From contig NC_068984.1 in the NCBI RefSeq assembly GCF_001194135.2, positions 114,179,322 to 114,243,321 of the forward strand: a DNA stretch of 64,000 nucleotides. Reading direction: 5' to 3'. Source of the DNA: Octopus bimaculoides. Lineage: Eukaryota. Below, in pieces: positions 11,851 to 23,762 of the stretch (position 1 is the stretch's first letter; each line of letters begins with the position of its first letter). A model generated the notes under the pieces. That model made no database searches. It was not told where the DNA came from and was given only the letters and a program-made list of their open reading frames with translations. The translations under genes were made by a program, and so were the position numbers.

Positions 11851-14110
11851 GAATATATTTGTCTGGTTACATGTCTCTGGACAGTTTATTTTCAAGTAAG
11901 ACATTTTATTTTCATGGTTTTTTTTTTGTTTTGTTTTTTTTACAGCATTGAATCATTGGGCTGCCACATTTTTTTGTTTATGTGGGACTTCAGTTTATCA
12001 CCACTCCCCAAGTGGTGTCAAAGTGAAGACACACAGATAGACATACTTGTACCATGCACATCCATCCATGCACATACACATACACACATCTTACTAAGGT
12101 AAATTAAAACTAATATATATATATAACCATATCTGTATTACAGACATCTATTCTTTCACATGTTTCAGTCATTTGACTGCGGCCATGCTGGAGTGATGCC
12201 TTGAATCTTGAGTCGAATGAATCGACCCCAGCACTTCTTTTTTTAAGCCTGGCACTTATTCTAGCTGTCCCTTTTGCCGAACCACTAAGTTATGAGAACA
12301 TAAACATACCAACACTTGTTGTCAAGCAGTGATGGGGGTACAAACAGACACAAAGACACTCAAACACACACATATATATATATATATATATATGTAATAT
12401 ATATATATACTCTCAGAGTGGTTGGCGTTAGGAAGGGCATCCAGCTGTAGAAACTCTGCCAAATCAGATTGGAGCCTGGTGTAGCCATCCGGTTCACCAG
12501 TCCTCACTCAAATCGTCCAACCCATGCTAGCATGGAAAGCGGACGTTAAACGATGATGATGATGATGACAAGCTTCTTTCAGTTTCTGTCTACCAAATCT
12601 ACTCACTAGGCTTTAGTTGGACCGAAGCTATAGTAGAAGACACTTGCCCAAGGTGTCACGCAGTGGAACTGAACTTGTAACCATGTGTTTAAAAGCAAGC
12701 TTCTTACCACACAGCCATGAGGCGAGTGGATAACGGAGACATCTATGTAAACATTTTTAACAGCTTCCTAATTAACTAATTAAAAAAACAAAATCATTCT
12801 TTTATGAACTGATGTAAACTCAGGCAGAGTATTATGAGTGGCAAATGAAAATAAATAATGAATTAATAAAGTGTAATAAAGATGAGTTTTTGCATGGGAA
12901 ATCTATGTGTGCTTGGAAACAAGTGAGAAGTGACATCAAGATGTGTATCTTGTTATAGAAAACTTCTGCCTCAATATAGCGTCTTTTGACCCATATGAGC
13001 ACGAAAAATATAGACACTATAATGATGATGGTAGTAGTGGTTGTAGGATGGTGATGGTGGTGGTTGAATGGGAGTTATGTATTCATCACTGAATGTGTGT
13101 TGTGTGTTTAGCAAGACATTAAAACATCACTGCTCTACTTAAGTTGACATTAAGTGCTGACAAGAAATGAATTAAGAATGTGAATAGTAGAAATGGTTTA
13201 TATGGAATACTAAACTAGCTAAAACTGATTTTTCAAAAGGCATTTTGCCTTCTGTTTTTTTTTTGTTTTTTTCAAACTCAGAGATACACTTTTGTAATTT
13301 CTAGCTTCCATTTCTAGTGCCACTCATTAGGGTGAAACGTGGGAAATCTATTATGCCAAAAAAAAAAAAAAAAGAAAACGCTCTGAAGGGATTTTCTTTC
13401 ATAGACCATCTTAAATTTAAAATCATTTCTCATCCTTGAAAGAAACTAGGTCATCATCATCATTATCAACATTTAACGTCCGTTTTTCATGCTGGCATGG
13501 GTTGGACAGAAACTGGTAAGACCAGGGTCTGCACCAGGTTCCATAGAGGTCATTTATAGTTATTCATTCATTCACTTAATGTCTATTTTTCCATGCTAGC
13601 ATGAGTTGGATGAATTCATACTATTGGTGCTTTTTTTTACAGATGGATGTCCTTCTTGTCCTAATGTTCAACAATTATTAAAATAAGTGAGCTTTTATTT
13701 CACATATCTCTGAAAACAAAGTGCTAGTAGATGACTTATTGACAGATGCCTACAAACATCATTGTTTTTAGCTCAATACTTTTCAAGTGAAGTGAGGGAT
13801 CTAAACATTCATACATACACATATATCACACACATATACATATATCACGCACATACACATATGATCAGAGAAACTAAAGAGAGGAGGGTTGCATGGGAAG
13901 GAAGAGTTCCACTGGGCCCTGCCTCTGCTCTTACATGCTCCTCACCACCACCACCACCAACTGTAACTGTGGGTTTTATGCCAATATGGGCATAAAATCC
14001 AGTTACAATTATAGTGACGACCACTGCATAAAAGACATTGGTACTGGTCCCACATAAAAAGCACTGGTGTTGGTGCCATGTAAAAAGCACCCTGTACACT
14101 CTGTAAAGTG

Positions 14111-14482
14111 TAGAGGCGCAATGGCCCAGTGGTTAGGGCAGCGGATTCGCGGTCATAAGATCGCGGTTTCGATTCCCAGACCAGGCGTTGTGAGTGTTTA
14201 TTGAGCGAAAACACTTAAAGCTCCACGAGGCTCCGGCAAGGGATGGTGGCGAACCCTGCTGTACTCTTTCACCACAACTTTTTCTCATGCTTACTTCCTG
14301 TTTCTGTTGTGCCTGTAATTCAAAGGGTCAGCCTTGTCACACTCTGTGTCACGCTGAATATCCCCAAGAACTACATGAAGGGTACACGTGTCTGTGGAGT
14401 GCTCAGCCACTTGCACGTTAATTTCACGAGCAGGCTGTTCCGTTGATCGATGTCGTAAGCGACGGAGTGCCAACACACACAC
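14111..14482 (+). mobile_element. SINE family A copy nested in an RTE-type 3' UTR repeat
   Basis: 15-bp TSD ACACTCTGTAAAGTG on both sides. Confidence 0.9.
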
Positions 14483-15308
14483 ACACTCTGTAAAGTGGTT
14501 AGCATTGGAAAGAGATCCAGCTGCAGAAACCATGCCAAAACAGACAATAGAGCCTGGTATGGCTCTTGACCTTGTCACTTTCTGTTGAACCCTCCAATTC
14601 AAGCCAGCATGGGAAACAGGTTATGAATCAGTGAAGGGCGGAATAAATTAATGTGGAGTAAGAAGAGAAAGAAACGTGTTTGGTGTGAGATTGATTGTGT
14701 GAGAATAACTTAGACATTATGAAATAAATAGATTTGTCTAAAGTCACTTAAAATATTTACAATGAAACATTATTTAGTTTCTTTTTCTCTAGAAAAAAAG
14801 GATTATGATATTCATCCTTCCTGTCTGAAGATGATCAGATTAACAACTTTACTCTTTGTGGGTCCTTCGACTGTTTATTAGGCCCATCATCATCATCATC
14901 ATCATCGAACACCTGTTTCCTATGCTGGCTTTAATTGGAGGGATCAACAGGAAGTGATAAGGTCTGGAGCCATACCAGGCTCTATTGTCTGTTTTGGCAT
15001 GGTTTATGCAACTAGATGCTCTTTCCAATACCAACTACTTTACAGAGTGTACAGAGTGCTTTTTATGCAGTGGCCGTCACTATAACTATAACTGGATTTT
15101 ATGCCAGTATTAGCATAAAACCCACAGTTACAGTTGGTGGTGGGGAGCATTTAAGAGTAGAGGCAGTGGAACTCTTCCTTTCTATGCAACATTACATCAC
15201 AGTTAGCGATCTCGAGCGAGATGTTCCCAAGTAGACTGCTCTAGGTAATACATCAAGCATATTCTGTTTCCCTAAGTAAATTCCAGCTGCAACTCCTTAC
15301 TCCCTTAA

Positions 15309-15530
15309 CCCCTTAAGCATTTAAACCGGCCATATCATGCCAAAAGTATTTTGCCTGTTTTATGTTCAAACTGGCCAGATCTGGTCTCTCACACCAACCC
15401 TACAATATGGTTTTTAAAATTAACAACTACCTCATCAAAATCTCATAGCTACAAGATAATGCATGATTAGTTCAAAACAATGTGAATAAAAAAGCATTAA
15501 TTTTGGCAGAATAATGCGAACACTAAAGGG
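15309..15530. mobile_element. TTAA-flanked piggyBac-like MITE, subfamily CCCTTTAGCATT
   Basis: TTAA|CCCCTTAAGCATT...CACTAAAGGG|TTAA. Related copies at about 16615-17036 (with a nested SINE), 27945-28115, 34440-34566, 38390-38610 and 40503-40724. Confidence 0.7.
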
Positions 15531-15724
15531 TTAACAGATATTCTTTGGTGAACTAGCAGTTGGCTCTTAGTCATGTGGTGAACCAAAGAGTAGATACGAC
15601 ACTCTCAAGATAGAAAAAAGTATAAGTAATGGTCTTACAATGATGATTCCAGTTTTCAAAGAGTTTTATAAAAGTATCTTTTATTTGTAAATTTCCTCTG
15701 AAATGTTCATATTTGTATTTGCAG

Positions 15725-15864
15725 CAAAGAGATTTATACTACTACAAATTGCTAAAGATGTACTTTCATGTCCAGGAAGCAGGAAGAAATATGACCAGTG
15801 GCTTAATTCTGGCTTAGCTATATCTTTTAAGGAATGGTGCTCTATGAATGACAAGACACACTCT
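15725..15864 (+). CDS. DNAJC12: DNAJC12 exon 3 (AKRFILLQIAKDVLSCPGSRKKYDQWLNSGLAISFKEWCSMNDKTHS)
   Basis: TTTGCAG acceptor, 140 nt, donor GTAAGT at 15865. Phases fit exons 2 and 4. J-domain helix III/IV with R..YD.W pattern. Confidence 0.93.
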
Positions 15865-16416
15865 GTAAGTATATACAATTTATGAAATACATTGTGGCTA
15901 TAGACGCAGGCATAACTGTATGGTCAATAAGATTGCTTCCTAACTATGGGTCTTGGATTCAGTCATGCTCCACAACACATTTGGCAAGTGTCTTCTACTG
16001 TAACCCAAGTCTGACCAAAGCCTTGTGAGTGAACTTGGTAGATGGAAACTGAAAGAAGCCTCTCTTATGTATGTATGTGTATATACATGTGTATGTGTCT
16101 TTGTGTTTGCCCCCTACTACTGCTTGATAACCAATGCTGGTTTATTTACATGCCTGTAACTGAGCAGCCCAACAAAAGCGACCAATAAAATAGACCTGAC
16201 ATAGTAATTTGGGATAGAGAAGAGAAACTGTGTACCAGGCTTTAAAAAAAATGAGTACTTTGGTCAGTTTGTTTGACTAAACCCTTCAAAGCAGTGTCCT
16301 GGCATGGCTGCAGTCCAATGACTGAAGTAAGTAAAAGATACAGGGTTGGTCAAAAGTTGCACAACCATTTAACATGTAAATATATATTAAAAAGCAGCGT
16401 GACTTTTTGGCCCACC

Positions 16417-16450
<34 letters not shown>

Positions 16451-17470
16451 ATGTGTATGTTTTTGTATGTGTGTGTGTAGGTGCATGGCTAAGGGGCTCC
16501 AGCTTATTTTATCAGCTTTGAAAGGATGAAAGTCAAAGCTGATCTCAGCAGAATTTAAACTCTGAATGTAAAGAGCCAGATGAAATGCCACTAAGCAATT
16601 TGCCTGATACTTTAACTCTTTAGCATTTAAACTGGCCATATCCGGCCCAAATATTACACCTGTTTTATGTATAGACTGACCATAGTCAACCCCTCATACC
16701 TACTTTATGATGTATTAAAAATAACAAACACCTCATCAAAATTTCAACACAAAAAGATAACGCATGAGTAATTCAAAACAATCCTTTCTACTATAGGCAC
16801 AAGGCCTGAAATTTGGGGGAGGAGGATAGTGGATTACATTGACCTCAGTATTCAACTGGTACTTATTTTATCGACCCTGAAAGGATAAAAAGCAAGGTCA
16901 ACCTCAGCAGAATTTGAACTCAGAACTTAAAGACAGATGAAATACCTTTAATAATTTTGCCTGGCATGCTAACGATTCTGCCAGTGAATAAAGAGGCATT
17001 ACATTTAACAGAATAATCTGAATGCGAAAGGGTTAATGATTCTACCTGCTCACTGCCTTCAAACATAATAATGATGATAAATTCTAACATTACAGGTGTG
17101 GAAGTGTGGTTAAGAAGTCTATTTTAAACCCACAGAGTTCTTGATTTCATCTTGCTGCTCAGCACTTTAAGTGTACATCTTATACAACAGCCTCATCATC
17201 AACAGTGTTTTAATCCACTTTTCCATGCTTGCATGGGTCAGGCAGAATTTGTTGAGGCACCTTTTCCCCTTCAGTTGGATGCCTTTTCTGTTGTCAAGCC
17301 CCCACCTGTTTCCAAGCAAGAAAATATTTCTCCACAGCCACACGTTTTTCATGGACTACTGGAAACAAACAACATCGTTTGTATTGTTTGTTTACAACCA
17401 TTATGTGATGTCAAGACAAGTGTATACACACATACACGTCCATGCATGCATGCACACACACACATACATA

Positions 17471-17988
17471 GACCTGATGTAGTAATTTGGGATAGAGAAG
17501 AGAAACTGTGTACAGCTGTAGAAATCAGCTGCCCAACGAATGTTAACATGAAGCTAAAGATTAGCAAAAAAGAAAGTATCCATGCTGATCTATTGAGGAA
17601 TGTACAGCTACTCTATCCAGATTACAAGTTCAGGTTTATACCTTTAATTATTGGGGCACTGAGATATGTATCACACTGCCTAAATTCCAATCTTGAGAAA
17701 TTAGGCTTCTCAAAACCAGAAAGGAGAAAGCTAATTCGAAGACTACAGATCTGAGCCATTGCTGGAACTGTAAAACTTTCCAGAAGTTTATCATTTAAGT
17801 ATATATGAGCATGTGTAGACATGCAACTATATGCATAAGAATACATACATAAGGCAAAACATACAAATCTGCATACATACAAAAATACTCTGTTGTTGAA
17901 ATTCCAATGAAGGAACCTTGGATGTAGGTTAGAAATTGACCCTTTCTCTATTGGCAAGAAATCTTGAAATAAAACTGAATAACGATAT
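17471..17988 (+). mobile_element. 5'-truncated R4/Dong-type (restriction-like endonuclease) non-LTR retrotransposon
   Basis: RPDVVIWDREEKLCTAVEISCP...FRFIPLIIGALRYV...LQI*AIAGTVK is the PD-(D/E)xK endonuclease C-terminus, followed by a 3' UTR with AATAAA. Flanked by ACATACATA on both sides, inside the microsatellite of a SINE. Confidence 0.82.
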
Positions 17989-18399
17989 ACATACATACAT
18001 GCATGCACCTCTTTCAGTTTCCCTCTATCAAATCTACTCACAAGGTTTTGGTTCTACAGCCTGAAGCTATTGTAGAAGACATTTGCTCAGGATGCCACAC
18101 AATGTGACTGAACCTACAACCATGTAGTTGGGAAGCAAACTTCTTTACCACACAGCCATACCTGAGCCTAAGTAGCTTTATGAATTTATTTTCACTGTGC
18201 AATTACCAAACAACTTATTTTCGTTATCTACCACTTAGGATAAAAGATTACTTTTTTTCTCTAGCATGGCCTTGACTGTGATAACTTAACCTATGCATTG
18301 TATTTTTTATTTATGTTTCCTGTTTATTTACATCATAATGCCGGCATGGTTCTTTGCATAGGAAGCTCATTTTGTGGGTTCGGTAGCCAACCAATGCCT

Positions 18400-18762
18400 G
18401 TTGTTGGCACTTACAACGCCGAGTGTTCCAGTTGACCCGATCAACGGAACAGCCTGCTCGTGAAATTAACGTGCAAGTGGCTGAACACTCCACAGACACG
18501 TGTACCCTTAATGTAGTTCTCGGGGATATTCAGCGTGACACAGTGTGACAAGGCTGGCCCTTTGAATTACAGGCACAACAGAAACAGAAAGTAAGAGTGA
18601 GAGAAAGTTGTAGTGAAAGAGTACAGCAGGGTTCGTCACCATCTCCTGCCGGAGCCTCGTGGAGCTTTAGGTGTTTTCGCTCAATAAACACTCACAACGC
18701 ACGGTCTGGGAATCGAAACCGCGAATCCGCTGCCCTAACCACTGGGCCATTGCGCCTCCACT
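18400..18762 (-). mobile_element. SINE family A copy, full length
   Basis: 14-bp TSD GCCAACCAATGCCT (18386-18399, 18763-18776). Confidence 0.92.
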
Positions 18763-19357
18763 GCCAACCAATGCCTATGAACATCACAACAAACATACGA
18801 TCTATTCACAAACACTCTTAAGCTTATAATGTGCATGATGGATTAACAGAGAATCTTGCCTCTCACAACATAGAAACATTTCCCACGGCACCAGCAGACA
18901 AAATGGAAAAAACGTTGCTCCAGAGGATTAGCGAGGGAGATATGCGTGAATTTGGTAGACGGAAACTATATGGGAGCCAATATGTGTGACTGTCTTTGTT
19001 AGCTCCCACACACACACATTTGTTTATGTGATCGTATTTAGCGGTTCCACAAAAAGAGAATGATTGAATAAGTACCAAACTTTAAAAGAAATAAGTACTG
19101 GGGTCGATTTGTCCGAGTAAAACTCTTCAAAGTGGTTACCTAGCATGGCAGCAGCCCAGTGACTGAAGCGAGTAAAATATAAAGATACAATAACAGTATC
19201 TCGCCTCCGTAAGCAGTTATTCGCTAAGTTAGAGGGGGAAAATGTAAGGGAAATAACTCTGTAAAACTATTTAAGATGTTGATTAAAATTATTGGAGAAT
19301 TCTGACAGAAGCGAAAATTAAAGATTAATTTAAATGACGACCAGAGATCCCCTACAT

Positions 19358-19471
19358 CAGTCATGGACAACCTGCGGCCCGAGGGACTTTATGAATGGCA
19401 CACCTAAAGAAAATTTGCATTGAATTTTTTAGTCGTGCAGCCCGCTTTTCGTCCAAGGTTCCCCATAACTG
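19358..19471. mobile_element. Small degenerate hAT-like MITE
   Basis: Imperfect TIRs CAGTCATGGACAACCT / AGGTTCCCCATAACTG. Flanks CCCTACAT vs CCCTATTC are a partial TSD. Confidence 0.45.
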
Positions 19472-20721
19472 CCCTATTCAGTAACTCTACCTGCTAGATA
19501 TAATGGTAAATGTACCGCATGTTATACCTTTCTTTCTTAAATACTGAAAGGTTACAATCTATATTATAGTCCTACATAAGCCATAAGCTCCCAAAAGAGC
19601 TAAAATAAGTCTGAAACCATAGTCCAGGAGATAGATGGTAAATGTTTTTATTTTTCATTCCCTTTGAAGTTTTATCCCTAATAGTCGTTTGGAATTTAGC
19701 TGTTCTTTCTAGCGTGCAAGGAATCCTATGATGGATACCTCTTACGTGTTTAAATGTACACTGTATTTATACGAATAATATATAGTCTATTGACTAATTT
19801 TTTTTTACACGCTAGGCCACTGGTAGTAAAAATTTCTAATATTTCTTATTACCCTTGACTTTAATTATATATGTGTATAGTCTGTCATACCGGCCATGAT
19901 GAAATACCACAAGGTATAGAAAATACGTATTTGCCTTCATATATTTAATCCTTTATATTGAACACTCAATAAGACATATTCCATATATTCAATAAGACAT
20001 TCAGTACTTTATTTCATTGTACCATCCATTTTTATATTATATATTGTATATTCCATATTCTATATCCCACATTAATTTTACAAGAATATAAATAAAACAT
20101 AAAAAACAGACAGAGTTGGAACTCTTTTAAACAAAATAATATATATATATATGTATATATAGAAATGATGACGATTGCTTTGTGTTCTTGCTCAAGGAAC
20201 AGAATAGCAATCTGCTACTTCCACTTGAGTATTGCATGGGTAGAACACAAAGATATAAAACTATATATAAAAAACAATCCAGAATATACCAAAGTTGTCC
20301 AATATGGGGTAACATGAAATAGAGTAAAACAAAATTAAGACTGGTTGGAATGTTACTAGATGCTTCATTTGAGACATAACTGATGGGTTTGTAAACCTGA
20401 AAATTAGCATTTTTTTTTTTTGTGGGATTTTTATTTGATTTATTTATAAATTTTTTTCTTCGCCCAATTTAACACTCGGCTATAATTGAGAGTTTAGTTG
20501 GAAATTGCGTGTTTAGTTAAATGTAACAGACCAGTGAGGAAATATGAAGAGTTATGTACCTTGCTCAGAACACCCAACTCAGTATTTTTAGTTTTATTTT
20601 TCATGAGGTTTTGAAACTTTCGATAAAATCATTTGTAATCCAATATGTACAGTTAACGTTGGCACTACACTTCATTCAGTTTTCTTCTCTTCCCAAAATG
20701 TCTTATATTCCATTTTTGCAG

Positions 20722-20779
20722 TCAATGCACTGGGCGAGTACAAAACCTAAACCTTTTCAAGTGAAGAACAATGAAGAAG
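20722..20779 (+). CDS. DNAJC12: DNAJC12 exon 4 (SMHWASTKPKPFQVKNNEE)
   Basis: TTTTTGCAG acceptor, 58 nt, donor GTAATG at 20780. Contains the SMHW motif of DNAJC12. Confidence 0.88.
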
Positions 20780-21107
20780 GTAATGAACCAGTTTTTATAC
20801 CTTACCAGTCTGTTTGGAACAATAATGTAATTTTTAAAAAAATTTTTTTTTTTAATTAGGCAAAAATGAATCTTGACAAATTCAATGTTTGGCTTCTTAC
20901 TGTATATATTATATTTACACGTAAGAGTTAGAGACAGGATATGAAATCAGAACCATGATGCTCTAATTAAATATTGTATAATACATGTATATATGCGTAT
21001 TTAGACATACATGTATGTGTTGTGAATTGACTGTTGCTAATCTTTGTGCTACCTAATTGAGTACATGTGGAATTAGCAACTGAATACATAAATTTTATGG
21101 TTGGCAT

Positions 21108-21399
21108 GACGTCAAGGGTTCCAGTCGATCCGATCAACAGAACAGCCTGCTCGTGAAATTAACGTGCAAGTGGCTGAGCAATCCACAGACACGTGTACCC
21201 TTAACGTAGTTCTCGGGGATATTCAGCGTGACACAGTGTGACAAGGCTGACCCTTTGAATTACAGGTACAACAGAAACAGGAAGTTAGAGTGAGAGAAAG
21301 TTGTGGTGGAAGAGTACAGCAGGGTTCACCACCATCCCCTGCTGGAGCCTCGTGGAGCTTTAGGTGTTTTAGCTCAATAAACACTCACAACGCCCGGTC
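21108..21399 (-). mobile_element. SINE family A copy (head in N gap)
   Basis: Reverse complement of family A, cut by the gap at 21400. Confidence 0.88.
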
Positions 21400-22147
21400 N
21401 NNNNNNNNNNNNNNNNNNNNNNNNNNNNNNNNNNNNNNNNNNNNNNNNNNNNNNNNNNNNNNNNNNNNNNNNNNNNNNNNNNNNNNNNNNNNNNNNNNNN
21501 NNNNNNNNNNNNNNNNNNNNNNNNNNNNNNNNNNNNNNNNNNNNNNNNNNNNNNNNNNNNNNNNNNNNNNNNNNNNNNNNNNNNNNNNNNNNNNNNNNNN
21601 NNNNNNNNNNNNNNNNNNNNNNNNNNNNNNNNNNNNNNNNNNNNNNNNNNNNNNNNNNNNNNNNNNNNNNNNNNNNNNNNNNNNNNNNNNNNNNNNNNNN
21701 NNNNNNNNNNNNNNNNNNNNNNNNNNNNNNNNNNNNNNNNNNNNNNNNNNNNNNNNNNNNNNNNNNNNNNNNNNNNNNNNNNNNNNNNNNNNNNNNNNNN
21801 NNNNNNNNNNNNNNNNNNNNNNNNNNNNNNNNNNNNNNNNNNNNNNNNNNNNNNNNNNNNNNNNNNNNNNNNNNNNNNNNNNNNNNNNNNNNNNNNNNNN
21901 NNNNNNNNNNNNNNNNNNNNNNNNNNNNNNNNNNNNNNNNNNNNNNNNNNNNNNNNNNNNNNNNNNNNNNNNNNNNNNNNNNNNNNNNNNNNNNNNNNNN
22001 NNNNNNNNNNNNNNNNNNNNNNNNNNNNNNNNNNNNNNNNNNNNNNNNNNNNNNNNNNNNNNNNNNNNNNNNNNNNNNNNNNNNNNNNNNNNNNNNNNNN
22101 NNNNNNNNNNNNNNNNNNNNNNNNNNNNCATGGGTATATGATATATG

Positions 22148-22514
22148 GGAGGCGCAATGGCCCAGTGGTTAGGGCAGCGGACTCGCGGTTTCAATTCCCA
22201 GACTGGGCATTGTGAGTGTTTATTGAGCGAAAACACCTAAAGCTCCACGAGGCTCCAGCAGGGGATGGTGGTGAACCCTGCTGTACTCTTCCACCACAAC
22301 TTTCTCTCACTCTTTCTTTCTATTTCTGTTGTGCCTGTAATTCAAAGGGTCAGCCTTGTCACGCTGAATCTCCCCGAGAACTATGTTAAGGGTACACGTG
22401 TCTGTGGAGTGCTCAGCTACTTGCATGTTAATTTCACGAGCAGGCTGTTCCGTTGATTGGATCAAATGGAACCCTCGACGTCGTAAGCGACAGAGTGCCA
22501 ACAATAACAACAAC
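22148..22514 (+). mobile_element. SINE family A copy
   Basis: Family A consensus with small internal deletions. Confidence 0.9.
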
Positions 22515-22997
22515 ATGTGATATATGATCTTCCTAACTCTCACTTTAATTTACCTGATATATTTTCAACACAATCTGTTCTGTACTAACTTGATTTTAGA
22601 ACAGTGAAAACTATCACCTAAGAACCTAGTAAAAGCTATTATGAGAGCATCCCTAAAACTTCTTTCTTACTTAACCCAGCCAAAAAAGAAAAATTAGCTG
22701 AAGCCTTAATCACTGTTACAAAAGCAACAGCTGTACTGTGTCCAGCACCAGAATCTGCATGCATACAGAAACAGAGTGGATAGTGACAAAAATTGTTGTT
22801 CAGATTGTCATGTTGCTCTCCTTACAATTCATCACCATATGGTTCTAAACTGGTGTAGAATAGTTGGACTAACAGATCTGAATCACACCTTGTCATTTGG
22901 CCAACTGCAACATCAAATGACTAACAGAGCTAAGTGAAGATAACACAAGGTACCTGTCACTTCATTCTGTTGTAAATCTATTAGCTTGTCTCATTAA

Positions 22998-23290
22998 CCC
23001 GTTTGTTACCACATTGATGATAATCATGAAAATAATGAAGAATTTAGTGAAGTAACTTTATTATTGAGTTGATGTTTAAAAAAATAAAGTAGCATGGCAT
23101 TTTCATGGAAGGGTTTAATTTAAATCACATTTAAATGTAGAAGTTTTTATTATAGAACCAGAAGTAAAGTAAATTTGTTGGAATTTAGAAAATAAATTAT
23201 GAAATTTTGATGGAAAGTATTAATTTAAATCATATTTAAAATGTTTTTATCACAGAACCAAAGGTCTCAAGCAGGTTGGTATCAAATGGG
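22998..23290. mobile_element. TTAA-flanked piggyBac-like MITE, subfamily CCCGTTTGTTACC
   Basis: TTAA|CCCGTTTGTTACC...GGTATCAAATGGG|TTAA. Related decayed copies near 8000-8620, 46530-46745 and 52255-52480. Confidence 0.7.
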
Positions 23291-23352
23291 TTAAACACAT
23301 TTTCATTAGTAATCTTACAAGATAATTTAAGCAAAAACAACTTTTCTTTCAG

Positions 23353-23444
23353 ATGAATGTCCAGCTAAACTTGAGAAGTGTCCACAATGGCACAAAAGAG
23401 ATGACTGTCCAATGCTTGAAAAATTCCGTAACTATGAGATTTAA
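23353..23444 (+). CDS. DNAJC12: DNAJC12 exon 5, terminal (DECPAKLEKCPQWHKRDDCPMLEKFRNYEI*)
   Basis: CTTTTCTTTCAG acceptor, phase 1 fits exon 4. Ends in KFRNYEI-TAA, the DNAJC12 C-terminal motif. Total CDS 447 nt = 148 aa plus stop. Confidence 0.92.
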
Positions 23445-23756
23445 CCAACCTATTATTTTATTTTATATACCAACCAATTATTTTATTCTCTAGAATGAAT
23501 TTTGGGTTTTATTATTTCACAGAAGAGATGAAAATATGTTTCCTATTGAAGACGGAATTTTTTTATTTTCATTTATGGCCTTATTAGATAGCTCAATATA
23601 ATTTAGATTTGAAGTTTTGTTCTCTAATATAATTTTACTTCTGTAAACATTGTACTTGACAATCACAGAACAGCTTTAAAATGACTTTATTGTGTATATT
23701 TCATTAAGATATGTTTATTGAAAAACATTTGCTTCAAAGCTTTTGAAAAGAAATTA

Positions 23757-23762
23757 AATAAA
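23757..23762 (+). promoter_or_regulatory. Candidate polyadenylation signal (AATAAA) for DNAJC12
   Basis: AATAAA about 310 nt after the stop, overlapping an ATTAAA. The sequence is AT-rich, so a chance occurrence is possible. Confidence 0.35.

Noticed and set aside
14793-14870. TTTTTCTCTAG acceptor-like site as candidate DNAJC12 exon 3
   Set aside because: No J-domain similarity; the exon at 15725-15864 fits the phases and homology.
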